A DNA stretch of 64,000 nt, from positions 3,534,001-3,598,000 of the forward strand of contig CAKKNE010000002.1 in the NCBI GenBank assembly GCA_918797485.1, read 5' to 3'. Both the position numbers and the translations under genes were made by a program. The stretch comes from Pelagomonas calceolata (Eukaryota). Position 1 is the first letter of the stretch, and every line of letters starts with the position of its first letter. This document shows positions 12,254 to 24,707 of this stretch, piece by piece. The notes beneath the pieces are model-generated. The model saw nothing but the letters and a program-made list of their open reading frames with translations, was not told the origin of the DNA and made no database searches.

Positions 12254-14247
12254 TTCCATTTTTTCTTATTGCAATAGACGCGTCACTTTAAGGTAGCGTT
12301 TTGGAACAGGGCACGACACTCAACAGGCGCCCCCAGCTTGGGTGTCTATTAAAGCATCTAAAATCGCCAAGTGAGGTAAATGCGCCTGGTAGGGGATAGG
12401 TGCGATTCTTTGAAATTTCAGGTGAAAGTCCCTGTGCTAGTTTATTGTCAGAACAACGGTGCTGTTGGTGATGGGCACGACAAAACGGTGGAATTGTTGA
12501 GATTAATCTCAATTGTCCATTGTCCATTACAAGGATACTTTGAGGCGAACCTCTTGATGTGGATACCCGCGCCACGGACTCCTCTAAAGACCAGCCGGCA
12601 CGCATGGACACCCGCAGAAGAGGTGTTCGGGGCGCTAAGTGCAGCCCTTAATTTTGTTAATTTTGGAAAAACCCTTGCCAGAGCACGGGGCCGGACGCCA
12701 CCATAGGGATTCGCTCCATCGTTAGCCTGTACCCGCGGATTGGGTCGGGAGGACTCGTAGGGCCCTCTTAAGGGCCGGCTGAGGTCAGGGGGGTGTACGG
12801 GGATCGGGACTAGGGCGCAGCGGCGCGCTGAAAACGGCAAAAACCCGTGAATCTCGATTAAAAGCGATTTGGTTTTGGCCTCGTGCGCAGCCTAAACGCA
12901 CCCATAGGCAGCCCCAAGCTATTTCTGACCGCTCAAGGGGTCGGACGAGGCGGTGCGCCAAGAAAAAGCGCGGCAGCACAACATTTCGCGATGCGCCAAA
13001 TCGCTCTCCCACCAGATGATGTGCGATACGCGATGTGGGCACGCCACTGCACAAAAAACGGTGCGGACAGTACGGTGGGTATGCCCCAAGTCCCGCGGAC
13101 AACTTCGAGCGCTCGAAAAGCTGGAAATCATTGCACCGCGGCGGCCGCGTCGAGGTCAACGCGGGACGAATAGAGAGCTTCGAGGGCGCTCCTGCGAGTT
13201 ACCACGGGCCCGGGGACCGGCGCGGGGTTACAGTCGATGCGGAAGACGACGATGCGGACGACGACGACGTCGATTTGGAACTTTGAGTCTCCGCCGTCCG
13301 GCCCGCGGCCTGCCCGCGGCCGGCGCACCCCAAACCCCCCTACCGTTTGCAGCCCCTATTTTGCGTGAATATTAGTCATTACCTTAAGTATGTTCGTAGC
13401 AAGTTTGCGGGTTTAAGCTATGAAAGGGGAAGAGCTACGGTAATTTCTTACTTTGGCGTCCGGCCCCTTGCCAGAGCAAGGCCAGCCGCCCAGACCTGGT
13501 AAAGTTGCCCTCACCTACGCGGCGCTGAGTATCGTCTTGTGGCTAGAGTGGAGGCTACACGCCACCTGCCGTAGTGTGGGTCGCGGCGCCGAGCTAGTAG
13601 TTTGGCTTCCGCGCGGCTTAGCGTAAAGTCGATTCCGGCGAAGGAGGCTATAGTTATATATATCGCAAACAGGCGGGTCGGGTAAGGGGAGTACACCATG
13701 ACGGAAACTGAGACTGTCCGCCGGAACTTGAATCATCTGCCTACTTGCAAGTAGTAGTTGTACTACCTTTCTCAGCCGGAAATCGCCCAGCCCGTCTCAA
13801 AGAGGGCGGAAATGAACGGCACAAGCCATGAGGTAGCGTGTGTTGGCTCTAACTGTTCTACAACATGGCAATGGCAACTTCAAGTTGAATTTCCACCGTG
13901 ACCTTCGTGAAATCGAATCCTTTTTCGAGGCGTGTCTCGCCGCCGCCGCGACCTTAACGTTTCTCCGCTCACTGGTGCGCCATCTGGCGCGTTTCGCGCA
14001 CACGCGCCGGCGTTTCTGGCCGCGTGGTCGCTGTCCGGTCGCCGTGGCCCGCACGGTGCAGAAACTCGAAGACTAGTGGCAGAAATTGAATCTCAGCCCT
14101 AATCTACCCACCTACAGCCCGGTGCCTGGCGACTCATTTTCCCGACCCCTGATAAAAAATTGATTAAGTAACCGCCTCGGGGACTACCTCGGTACTGCTG
14201 CGGTAAGATTACAAAGGATACGCTCGTACCGATCCTCGTCATTTCAA

Positions 14248-17200
14248 ATGGAGCATGTGCGGGTTATCGCGCGAATTCGGCCGGAGCCGTCGTCCGTACG
14301 CGGTTGTGGCTGCCTCAGGGTAACGAGCGATACTTGCGTCGAACTTTGCCAGCCGGACGGAGTCAGGGCTCAATCGCACAGCAAGCGCGGCCGGCCTAGG
14401 ACGAGGCTCTTCACGTTGGATCGAGTGCTCGGGCCGCAGTCGGTGCAGGCGGATGTATATGAACACGTAAAGCCGTAGCTTGACTGCGTATTTATTCAAT
14501 CACTCAGCTGTTCTTATTTTCCTTCATATAGGCTAGTTCATTCAGCAGCACATGGGTATAACGCCACTGTGTTTGCGTACGGGCACACGGGATCAGGGAA
14601 GACACACACCATGACAGGCGATAACGTCCAGCCCGGTGTCACGCCGCGGGCAGTGCGAGAACTTTTTGCAGCGATTGAGCATGCAACTCGTACAAAGGAC
14701 GCAGTTTTCCTCGTGCACGTGAGTTACGTCGAGCTGTACAACAACCAATTTCGCAATCTTCTCGATGATGTAGGGAACCATTGCCATGCGTCTAGCAGCA
14801 CCAAGATTGAGATCCGCGAGTCGCGCGACACGGGCGTCTTTCTTACGGGCCCATCCAACCTCAAGGTCGCCGTGACTTCAGAGCAGGAAGTCCAGGAGCT
14901 TATTTCCTTGGGAGACAAAGCTCGGGCATATGCGCTTACGCGATGCAATGATCATTCCAGTCGGAGCCATTGCATCCTGACTTTGCATGTTCAGTCGCAG
15001 AGGGCTAGTATTGCTCTGCAGGACCCACAAAATGCAGCTTTGACGTCCGTACATGTTGGTAAGTTGAATTTGGTAGATCTTGCCGGATCAGAGCGTGTGT
15101 CGCTATCTGGTGCCCAAGGCGAGACACTCGTCGAGGCGCAGAACATAAACCTCTCGCTGGCGCTCCTTGGTGACGTACTTGCTGCGCTCTCACGCAACTC
15201 ACTGCGCGGAGAACAAGGGACGCAATTCCCTCGGTCTGGTGGCTCTCGCGAGCCAGTCCCCTATCGCAATTCAAAGCTGACTTATCTTCTGAAGGATTCG
15301 CTCGGTGGTAACTCAAAGACACTTATGATCACGACTCTTCGAAGCTCAGAGACTTATTACCGTCAGTCGCTCGTGTCGTTAATGTACGCATCACGGGCAC
15401 GGACCATACAGAATTCGAGCACGGTGAACTTGGACCGTGGATCGGGCCCGCGGACAACGGAGTCACTGCAGGTTGTCTCAGAACAACTTAATCACCTCCA
15501 CACGCGTTTGCGTGTTCGCGAACGTGAGTTTGATGCCCTCTGTGCAACATCAGCATCCTCAACTTCAGAGAATATGCGTCTTAAAAGTGAACTTCAGCGC
15601 CTCGAGGCCCTTAACGAGGCAGAGCGCTGTGAGCTTGAGAACAAGCTAAATACCGTCATTCATGGCCACTCGAGTGAGCTTCGGAACCGCACAGAGCAGT
15701 TCGGCAGGCTGCAGGCTCGCCTGCAGGAACGGATCCTGACATACCGCAGAACCTGCGCAGAACAGGAAGAAGAGATCAATCGCCTTCGTGATGAGAGAGT
15801 GCTCCTCGAACAGCAAGTGTCGACTGTTGGTGCGACCCGAATGGAAGTTATAGAGATGCAGACCGTGATGGACGGTTGGCAGGCGCAGGCAATAGCCTTG
15901 CAACGCGAGCTTGAACACTACAAGCATTTCTTTTTAGACTCTCCGGTACTGCAGACGGATCAAAAGAAAATGGGAGGACGCTTCGGACGGAACCGCAACA
16001 TCTCCCACGACCACCATCGCAAAACCATAGCATCCATGCCTGGGACTGTCGTGCCTGACGACCTGATGAGAGTCACTTGTCGAGCCATCGTGCTTGAATC
16101 CGCGCTTGGATTTGCCTGTACTGAGCTTGACAATGTTTTGAGTGAGTCAAATGGCACTGCGAATGTACTCATCAGAGAGCTGGTCAAGGCACTTACTACG
16201 AGATGGGGCACGGCGCAGGCAACGACAAAACTTGGTTTATGGGCAAAGGATGTTCTAGATACGGCACAAAGATGCGCCGCCTTTGAGGCTCGAGATCGGG
16301 AGTACGTGTTTTCTGAAGTCGCTGCATCCCTGGTGCCTAGTACGCGATCAAACACCTTAAATGTACTACGGGCACGACTCATTGAGATGGAGCGTCGTTT
16401 AGGCGAATCCCTTCAACTTTCTGAAGAGTTAGTCTCGCGACATGCTTATTCACGAACAGAACGTGCAATGCTAGATAACAAAGCGGACTCCAGCCTCGCG
16501 CGCATTGTCGCGGAATCTGCACTTCTCAACAAGATCTCGGTCCAAAAGATTGCAGATGAAACACTCACGGTCGCACGGGTGGGCGCCAGGGCTGAAATAT
16601 TTGCTCTTTGGACTGCCAGGGAATTTTTGGTCGCTGCCGCCCTCAAGCGACGCGACACACACGAAGCAACCACTGTGCGAGCTCTAAAGAAAAAGTTTGT
16701 TGTAGAGTCCTTCCAAGTACGGACGAGATCAGCCGTCGAGCGCGCTCGGCGAAATTTCGTGTGTAAATTGCGGACAGTGTACAAGATTCGTGATCCGCAG
16801 GAGCTTGAAAAGGCAAACGCAAACGCTGTTCACACCATCCAGCGCAACAGAGACTCGTTAGTTGACGTAATATGCCTTGAACGCGCTGGGAAGATGCGGC
16901 TAATCTGTGCAATGTCCGCAGCAACAGCCGCGGCAGTCGCTGCGCTGCGAGTTGAATTCGAGTCCACTGCTGCATCAGGTGCTGCAAAGCTTTTTCGGCT
17001 CGAGTCGGATCTTGCGGCAATAGTCGAAGAATTTTTCGCATTGCAGAAGAAAAAATGCCAGCAATTCAACTCGCTTACTCGATCACTGGACATTCTTGTG
17101 TTCTGCCACTTGGCGGAAATTCGGAAAGCTGCTTGTGAAGCGGCATGTGCTATTCATAAGGAGCGCACCTGCTCATGCGATAAATTGGCTAATGTTCAGC

Positions 17201-19968
17201 TTGCCCAAATATCCAAAATTTGCATCGCTGAACAGCAGGCTTCAACCGAACTTTGGACAAACCTGAATAATCACCAGCGGCAAATTGTCGTTCTGAATGA
17301 TGCCAATGCATCCTTTAAGCAAAAATGTGTGGCTGCTTGCGACAATGGTGAGGGACTTGCCTTGATGCTCTGTAAAGAATGGGCTTGGACCCTCGGTACA
17401 GAACGTGAGCGGAAGCAATGCACCAAAGAGACTATGACCTTTGGGATAGTGCTGGAACACAGTCTTGCTGAGAATCATCGCGATGACAAAACCGTACTCG
17501 ATGCCTTAGATGAGTTGTATGCAACTGTGATTGAGCTCCTTTGTGCACGGATCAAGGTATGCACGGGTGCAGGCTACGAGGCCCTGTCCTCCTTAAACGG
17601 AACCCTGAATGTAGTTCAATCTGACCTAGATAACGCCAATATGGATGCTGCCTCACTGCTAAATGAGCTCAATTTCTCACAGACCCTGGCCAACTTGCTG
17701 CAACAAAAGCTCGGAGTTATGGCAGTCAGTCGATTCAATGAGCAGATGATGTGGCATGCAATAACCAGGCAACTGAGAGATGCACACACGAAGGATATTT
17801 GCTTGTGGAAGAAGGCCTGGCGCGTGGTTGTTAAAGAGAAGGAAAATTTCAAAGGGCAGCTTGTTCAGGTTACAAAGTTGCTACAAGAGATAACGACAAC
17901 TCATAACAAGAATCGTTTAGCTGCGCTTGAGGCGCAGGATGAGGCGATTAATATGGACCACAATCGTACTTGCAAGAAGTATGAGGCAAGTTTGGCCCTA
18001 CTAGCACGTTCCTACGAGCATGGGCTTCAGATGTCGAGTGCAGAGCATGCATGTGTGAGTGCTGCGGCGGTCGAGCGCTGCATGGTTGTCAGCATGGCGC
18101 CTCGTTTAGCTGCCTTTTCGGCGAATGCGATGCTCAGGACCTTTCAACGCTCGCACAAACGTGTGCTCTGCGCGCAGCGATGTATAGTCAAGAGTTCTTT
18201 GGTGAGAATAGGGGAGAAGCGAGGACAGCCTGCACTCGACCCTTTTGAAAGCTCTGCGCGCCTACACGAGGCCGAGGCAGATGCAACCAACGCCAAAATT
18301 GCTACAGCTCTGAGGTCGGAGCACGTGATGACATCCTGTCGTGCTGTAAATGCGGTCGGTTTAGTTTTGCCCAGAGAGACGACATATCTTTGTGCCGCTG
18401 CGGTCGACGATGTAAATATCACTCATCTTGCTAGGGAGCTTGTCAACCAGCTTCGCGCACTTTGTGAAATGCACAGGCGTCACGTTGCGACCGTTGACGT
18501 ATTCCACGCTTCAAGACTCCAGGAGGTCATGGCCACTGTGGACTGCGCGCACATTGGTCACTTTCTACGGGCAGCGGTCGACGCCAAGCGCGGGGACATC
18601 CCATGCACTCACCTCGAGAAGCTCGAGGAGCTCGCATCCGTCAAGGCCGAGCCCAACTTGCAGGTCGCTCCAGCAGAGGCGCGGGTTTTGCAGATCAAAG
18701 AAAGTCTTGGTCCAAACAATGTGTTTCGTATTTGCAAGCCCAAAGCTGAGCGCAGGGCTGGTGGTGGGTCAATCGCAGCTGGCCATGCGACTTCTACCAC
18801 CACCGCACTGAGTAGCCGCATCGTACAGCAAGCTGACGGACGAGGGCAATCCACTGCAGCACGTTGGGCTAAAAAGGTCACAAACGAGACTTCGGAAATG
18901 TCATGGTCTGTCCTCGATGATTCGGTTGCTCGGCGTAAGGCGCTAAAGAAGTCTATGAAGGCCAAGTTGGTTGTCCTCCAAAAGCACCTCGAGACCAGAT
19001 TGGTTGAAACAACCTATCAGGATTCATTAGAGTTCACATGTGGGGGAGATGACGCACAGGACCTCGTTTTTGTTGAGTATTTTGGGCGCTTGAACTTGCC
19101 CCGTGGACGAGTTACAGAGCCAGAGACCATTTGCTTTGGTCAGATAAGTATTATTTCACATGATAACGTCCACTGGCGGCCGTGTGATACGGAGCTCAGA
19201 TTACGAAAGGGAGAGCACGCTAGCGCTATCGAAAAGGCCTGCGCCAAGCAAAAGCGACAGCTCAAAAATAATCTTGCATACAAAGCAGCAAGGCTGGACT
19301 TGAATAGGGGCTCACAAGCGCACCTTGACGAACTTCAATGTAACAATGCTGCTGTCCATGAATTCTGCCGCTATTGCAATCGGGAATGCGCAATACGTCT
19401 GCGCGGGGCGCTCAAGCAACAGGAGCGCTTAAACCACAGGCGCCTTAGCGCATTGAAGCGTCAGATTGCATGCAATTTTGAGAAAGCGATCGTAGCCGGG
19501 ACCAGCTTACATAACAATGCGTGGACGTGCTTTGAAAATCTTGTTTTGGCAACTAGACAACAGTTTTGCTCGCTTGTAACTACTGCTAGTGTCTCGGTCC
19601 CCCGACTGCCGAGAGATGTGAAGGACGCCCGAGAGGCACCAGGCAAAGGCCCCGTCAATTCATTTAAGTGGCTTAGTGCGATTGAGAAACCGTTGGCCAT
19701 ACATGCAACTCTGCTGACCACATCAATGCAGAAGATTCTTAAACGTCGAGATGCCAACTCAGTTTTGGCGCTTCATGCAGCCCTCCATCGGGGGAATATG
19801 CGGCACTTTCGTCGACTGGGTATTGTTGTCAAACTAAGAGACATGTACTGGCAGGAGCTTCTTGGCGCTGCACTCCAAGAAAGCGATTCAAAGCATGCTA
19901 CTCTTGATCTGCCTTCGCCATCGAGCTACCGACGTAAAGGAATTTTAGGGATAGATAGATGGCCGTAA
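14248..19968 (+). CDS. Kinesin with N-terminal motor and very long coiled-coil tail, 2 exons
   Basis: VRVIARIRP, FAYGHTGSGKTHTM, SSRSH, LNLVDLAGSER and VPYRNSKLTYLLKDSLGGNSKT. GT-AG intron 14475-14531 joins VKP to LVHSAAHGYNATVF. Confidence 0.92.
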
Positions 19969-20832
19969 TTACTAAGGACTCGACGTCCAGGAGCCTAACG
20001 ATATGAGCGGACCGAGACTGTATATTCTGTGACCTATAATAATAGCCTGAGGCCGGAACCAGTCCTGTCGAGTTTAGAGCACGCCTCCCAAGCCGCTGAC
20101 ACGTCTAGGTGCCTTTACGACGAAAATTTGGATTGAGCATAATTTCTCGGAGCGGGGGAAGCTCGTGGTCTGTACTCGATGATGATATAGTTGTAGCACT
20201 GGCATTGTTTGCACTGTCACCTTTTTCGAGTTGTAGAGGTCAATTCAAGTTAAGCCCTATTCGCTGAGCTCACAGAACAATTTACTGACCGGGGAAAAAT
20301 GTTGTAAAAAATAAAATTTTTTTACATTTTGGATGGCTTTTGGCCGTTTTCTCGGCGAGAGGCAGCCCGTTTGCTGCCGCGTTTTTTGCAATGCGTTGCC
20401 CGGCTGCCCGCGCCCACGACGTAGACTAAGTGTTTCTCACGAGGATGCCCGCACCGAGCACGGGCCCAAGTACAATGGCAGCCCCCGAACAGTTGTAACA
20501 TTTTCCCGTGACTCGGACAGGGCAAGATGATTATTTGCACGCATTTCACGCACTGGCAGTGACTCCATCAGCCGAGTGTTGCTCGAGGACCCGTTGCGGT
20601 CACGGTGACTCCGAGTCGGCGGACTCCACTGGCACCCGATTTGGTTCCCCGGGCCCGGCGGGCGCATTAAAGGTGTCATTTAGTAATTTGACTCGGGCTA
20701 ATCGCGGCACCATGGCCATCGTCTCGCGGACCATTTGGCCTAGGGCGGGGGCTCGGATGCCCGGGTCCGAAGCGGCTACTTCTAGTACAAATGGATGCGG
20801 AAGTACTACCAAATTGTGAATCATTTATACAA

Positions 20833-20891
20833 TACCGTAGTACCGTACCGTAGGTAGGTACCGTAGGTACCTACGGTACCTACGGTACGGT
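20833..20891. repeat. TA-(G/GG/CC/CCG/CGG)-TA array just upstream of epsilon-tubulin
   Basis: Parses without residue as ta ccg ta g ta ccg ta ccg ta gg ta gg ta ccg ta gg ta cc ta cgg ta cc ta cgg ta cgg t. Confidence 0.9.
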
Positions 20892-20944
20892 CCACAATAA
20901 GATGGCGAACTAAAAGACTTTACTGGAAAGATCTCCAGGCCAAA

Positions 20945-22309
20945 ATGGTCCGCGAGATGGTGATGGTGCAAGTAGGACAATGCGGGAACCAAATCGGGCG
21001 GCGCTTCTGGCTGGAATTAGTGCAAGAAGCTGCGTCGCAGGTGCAAGGGGGCTTTGATGCTGCAATGTCAGCCCTCTTCCGAAATGTAGACGCGCGATAC
21101 GAGCCCGCGATAGAACTTGATGTTGGGAGCTTGCTGGCATCCTTGCGAGCACGGGCCATCCTAGTCGACACAGAAGAAGGAGTAGTTTCAGAGACGAGGC
21201 GGCATCCAATTTTGGGAGATTTATTTGAGGAGACACAGGTAATAACGGATGTAGGTGGCGCGGGCAACAATTGGGCCAGTGGATACGCTTCATATGGCCC
21301 GAAGCTCCAGCTGAGGGTAGAGGCGGCTCTGCGTAAAGCTGTTGAGGCATGTGACTCACCGCAGGCATTTTTCTTAGTTTATTCAGTAGGGGGCGGTACT
21401 GGATCTGGTCTCGGGTCATCAGTGCTTGAGCTACTTAGAGATATGTATCCTGATTTATGTCGATTCAATGTTGCGGTGTATCCGTCTGCAGATTATGAAG
21501 ATGTCATCACAGGCCCATACAACGCTGTTCTTGCCACAAAATGGCTCACAGAAGCCTCTGACTGTGTTATACCGCTTGAAAATAGCGCGTTGCTGGACTA
21601 CCGTGCAAGACAGGCTGGTCTTGGCGCATCGCAACTTCCTGATGGAATCGACACTGGCTTCGACGGGATTAATGATGTCATCGCACAGTTGCTTTCTCAT
21701 CTAACAGCTGGTGCTCGCTACCCCGGTGGACTGAACATGGACTTCAACGAGATTACCACCAACCTTGTGCCCTTTCAACGACTTCACTACCTGACAGCCA
21801 GCTTCTCGCCCCTTCTTCGTTGTAACCGATCAAACCTAAATCTAGACAAGCGTGAGCATAGAATTTTCCTGGAAGCATGTGCTACTACCTCGAAATTAGT
21901 AACTACGTATGCAAAGACGAGTCAGACTTCGAGTAATAGAGCCCTCGCCTGTGCCGTGTTTGCACGAGGGAAAGTGGCCTCTGCGAACCTCATTCATGCC
22001 TCAAATTGTCTGCGTCCATCGCTAAAACTTCCCCAATGGAATCCTGATGGCTTAAAGATGGGTCTATGTCGTGTACCACCCCTTGGTGCCTCTAGTGCAG
22101 TACTTTGTTTGAAGAATTCTCCTGCCATCGCCCAAAATTTTGACACACTGAAGAATCGTTTCAACAAGCTGTATCAGGTCAAAGCCATGCTGCATCACTA
22201 CACGCAGATAGTAGATTCAACTGTCTTTGAGGATGCCATCAACGACTTAGAAGGTGTAATTGAATGTTACAAAAATGCAGATCTAAATGCACCAAACTTT
22301 CATGTCTAG
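20945..22309 (+). CDS. TUBE1: Epsilon-tubulin
   Basis: VQVGQCGNQIG, RAILVDTEEGVV, GAGNNWASG, GGGTGSGLGS, NMDFNEITTNLVPFQRLHYL, WNPDGLKMGLC..PP and KAMLHHY. The EEGVV and LHHY motifs are epsilon-type. Confidence 0.9.
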   Translation: MVREMVMVQVGQCGNQIGRRFWLELVQEAASQVQGGFDAAMSALFRNVDARYEPAIELDVGSLLASLRARAILVDTEEGVVSETRRHPILGDLFEETQVITDVGGAGNNWASGYASYGPKLQLRVEAALRKAVEACDSPQAFFLVYSVGGGTGSGLGSSVLELLRDMYPDLCRFNVAVYPSADYEDVITGPYNAVLATKWLTEASDCVIPLENSALLDYRARQAGLGASQLPDGIDTGFDGINDVIAQLLSHLTAGARYPGGLNMDFNEITTNLVPFQRLHYLTASFSPLLRCNRSNLNLDKREHRIFLEACATTSKLVTTYAKTSQTSSNRALACAVFARGKVASANLIHASNCLRPSLKLPQWNPDGLKMGLCRVPPLGASSAVLCLKNSPAIAQNFDTLKNRFNKLYQVKAMLHHYTQIVDSTVFEDAINDLEGVIECYKNADLNAPNFHV

Positions 22310-22920
22310 TCACAGAAAGAGGAATACGCATCCAAAGCACATGTTTTGGGTTTGTATTAGTCTTTTCAGCTGACCCACACTCCCCACGCCATTAACTTGC
22401 AAGCACTCTTTGTCGAGGCGCGATGGGCCCTATTCGACTTGAGTGGGGCGGCCCAATTCCTGTAAGATGCACACCGCCCCGACTAGGGTGTACCAGGCCA
22501 GGCTGAGTCAGACAGGCAGTGATGCGGTCCAGCAAAAATTTCTTTGCCGCTAAGTTGGACGTCCAAAAAGGGTCGAGAGAATCAACCTATGACTACCTTT
22601 ACTTCCACCTGAAGCTAGTGTCGTGGGTCGCGTTGTGGGCAGCGGCGACGCAGCTACGGGCGTCCAAGGCCCCGCAAGTCAAGCGAGCCACCTTGACGAC
22701 AAAGCGACTAGTTCGAAGTCTTCCTCCTGGGGATCGACTCCAGCGATCAATTTAAGATGAAGTGGAGTCATTCTAACGGCGTATCAGACGGGCTGCACAT
22801 CAGGCAGGGTGGATTGCGCAGCGCTTATTCCATCGTCTGCTGGAATGCATACGTACTTCTATCGGTCAGTTTTTGTCAAGACATGTCCAAATGATCCGCC
22901 GAGTTCCGCCAAATATGCTC

Positions 22921-23045
22921 CCGACTGGCTGCTGACACGCGGCGACGGACAATGGTGGACTTTTGGGGGTGCGTCGCTCTGAGCGTGGGCCAGGTGCTTC
23001 TATAACAGCTGTTTGGAGATCTATTCGCGGTTGCGCGCTGCCTTT
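22921..23045 (+). repeat. Degenerate copy of a dispersed repeat (second copy at about 23790-23915)
   Basis: Shared blocks ggcgacggacaa(c)tggtggactt..g.ggtgcgtcgct and tttggagatctattcgcggt.gcg in the same order and orientation. Confidence 0.8.
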
Positions 23046-23610
23046 GGGGGGTTGGAGACTGCCCAGACGGCCACCTTTTGACGCTCTCTTATCGCATTGG
23101 TCGCAGTCGTGCCCGGCGTCCGCATGAGTGGCTAGAAGCATCGACATACCTCATGCCACGGATTCACACACGTCCAGAGCGTCAGAGGACCAATCCCGAC
23201 AAGTGGCCCTTCACGCGCGTGATTTAACGCCGCAGACCGAGCGACGACAAGCTGTCCACCTCATACCGAAGTAGTAGTAGTACGCCGGTTCACTGGACCT
23301 ACTTGGTGACTAAGCTAGACGTCTAAAAGCGTCCGGAAGAACCCAGCAGAAGTAGGAGCGAGTTTGCCAGTGAGGAGGCCTTAGGGGGTCCGTAACGGTC
23401 CGTACCTAGAGTCCGTACCTACCTATGCCACCCTTACTTCAACTTGAGGTTGATGTGGAGGAAAGTTGAAGCTGAGGAGTATAGGGTGCGGTATTGAAGG
23501 GCACGGAGGCCTGTAGTCTCGGAGGGCCAGCGTTGCACGATGGGGGTGGTGCGCGTTTTCTTTCATACCAGAGAGTGGCCCCAATTCCCCGCCCGCCCTG
23601 GTATTCGAAA

Positions 23611-24031
23611 AGGTCCTAGGATAGTACGCCTAACGTCCTAAACGCAGCTCTCGGACGAGTCCGATTCCCCGCGGTCGGCGTCACCGGCTTTAAGTCTGTT
23701 CCACTTGTGCGGCGCGTCATCCGAACGTTCGCTGGAATGTACACGTACGTCCTGATGGGCGATCTTTTGTCGAGCGGCGTCCAAGTGGCCCGACTGACCG
23801 CGGGTTGACATGTGGCGACGGACAACTGGTGGACTTCTTGAGGTGCGTCGCTGTGCGCGTGGGTCGGGCGCTCCTCTACCAGCAATTTGGAGATCTATTC
23901 GCGGTCGCGTGCCGATTTAGGGCCGCGCACAGAGCAGCAGCTTTCTTTTTTTTGGGCACTCGCAGACCGCCGAGACGGGTACCATTCGACGCGCGCGCTT
24001 TAAGCATGGCGCGCATGAGTTCCTAGGACCT
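23611..24031. mobile_element. Possible MITE with 11-bp inverted ends, carrying the repeat shared with 22921-23045
   Basis: aggtcctagga (23611-23621) and tcctaggacct (24021-24031). No TSD seen, and the cctagg core is itself palindromic, so support is moderate. Confidence 0.5.
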
Positions 24032-24234
24032 CCACACGCGCCTGGTGGCTGCCCCGTGCCCCGCGCGGCGCACGGAGAGCGCGTTAAACCTTATTCGGCA
24101 TAAGCATTCCCCTCCCTTAATCGATAAGTCTAGGCCTAGTGCCAGTGGGACTAGTGCTTGTACTCCTAGTCACATTAGGTCCCGTCAAATGAGTCGTGCT
24201 GTGTCCTTGGGGTTCCCCTGGGGGTCCAATGTAC

Positions 24235-24278
24235 CGGATTTCGAGTTGGGCTATTACGGATTTCGAGTTGGGCTATTA
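24235..24278. repeat. Perfect 22-bp tandem duplication
   Basis: cggatttcgagttgggctatta x2. Confidence 0.9.
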
Positions 24279-24707
24279 GCAGAGAATTCCCCAAAACCCT
24301 GGGTCCGCCCCATTCCACCGTCCCACGCCAGCCCAGCGCCAGCCCAGCGCCAGCCTAGGGGGGCATGGTGCAGATTTTCCGTCACACCCCGACGCCAAGA
24401 TACCAAACGCCGCGCGAACTGTAAGCTGATTCTAGTGGTCGTCAAAGCTCGATCAGGCTGCAGCTAAGTTCGCAGCGGCCACACGCGGCATTGATAATTG
24501 CTCGCTGTGGTCTCATAGGTCGTATTACGATTAATAGCGAAATTCAAGAGCGACTGATTTGATGAAGCCGCCGGGAAGAAAGTAAGTCTCACCAAAGTGC
24601 ATGCTGGCTTGGCGGGTCATTTCATTTGAGGCTGCATATATCTGCGAGCCGTCTGGCGCTTACCTATCACCATTGATGCAATACGGCCAGCTAACCTTGC
24701 CTCCTGG

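Noticed and set aside
12288..14076. Many 60-140 aa ORFs on both strands as genes
   Set aside because: No recognisable domains and Arg/Ala/Pro-rich translations; likely transposon relics whose ends I could not define.
20833..20891. CRISPR array or telomeric repeat
   Set aside because: No constant repeat with unique spacers and no fixed unit; eukaryotic context with no cas genes.
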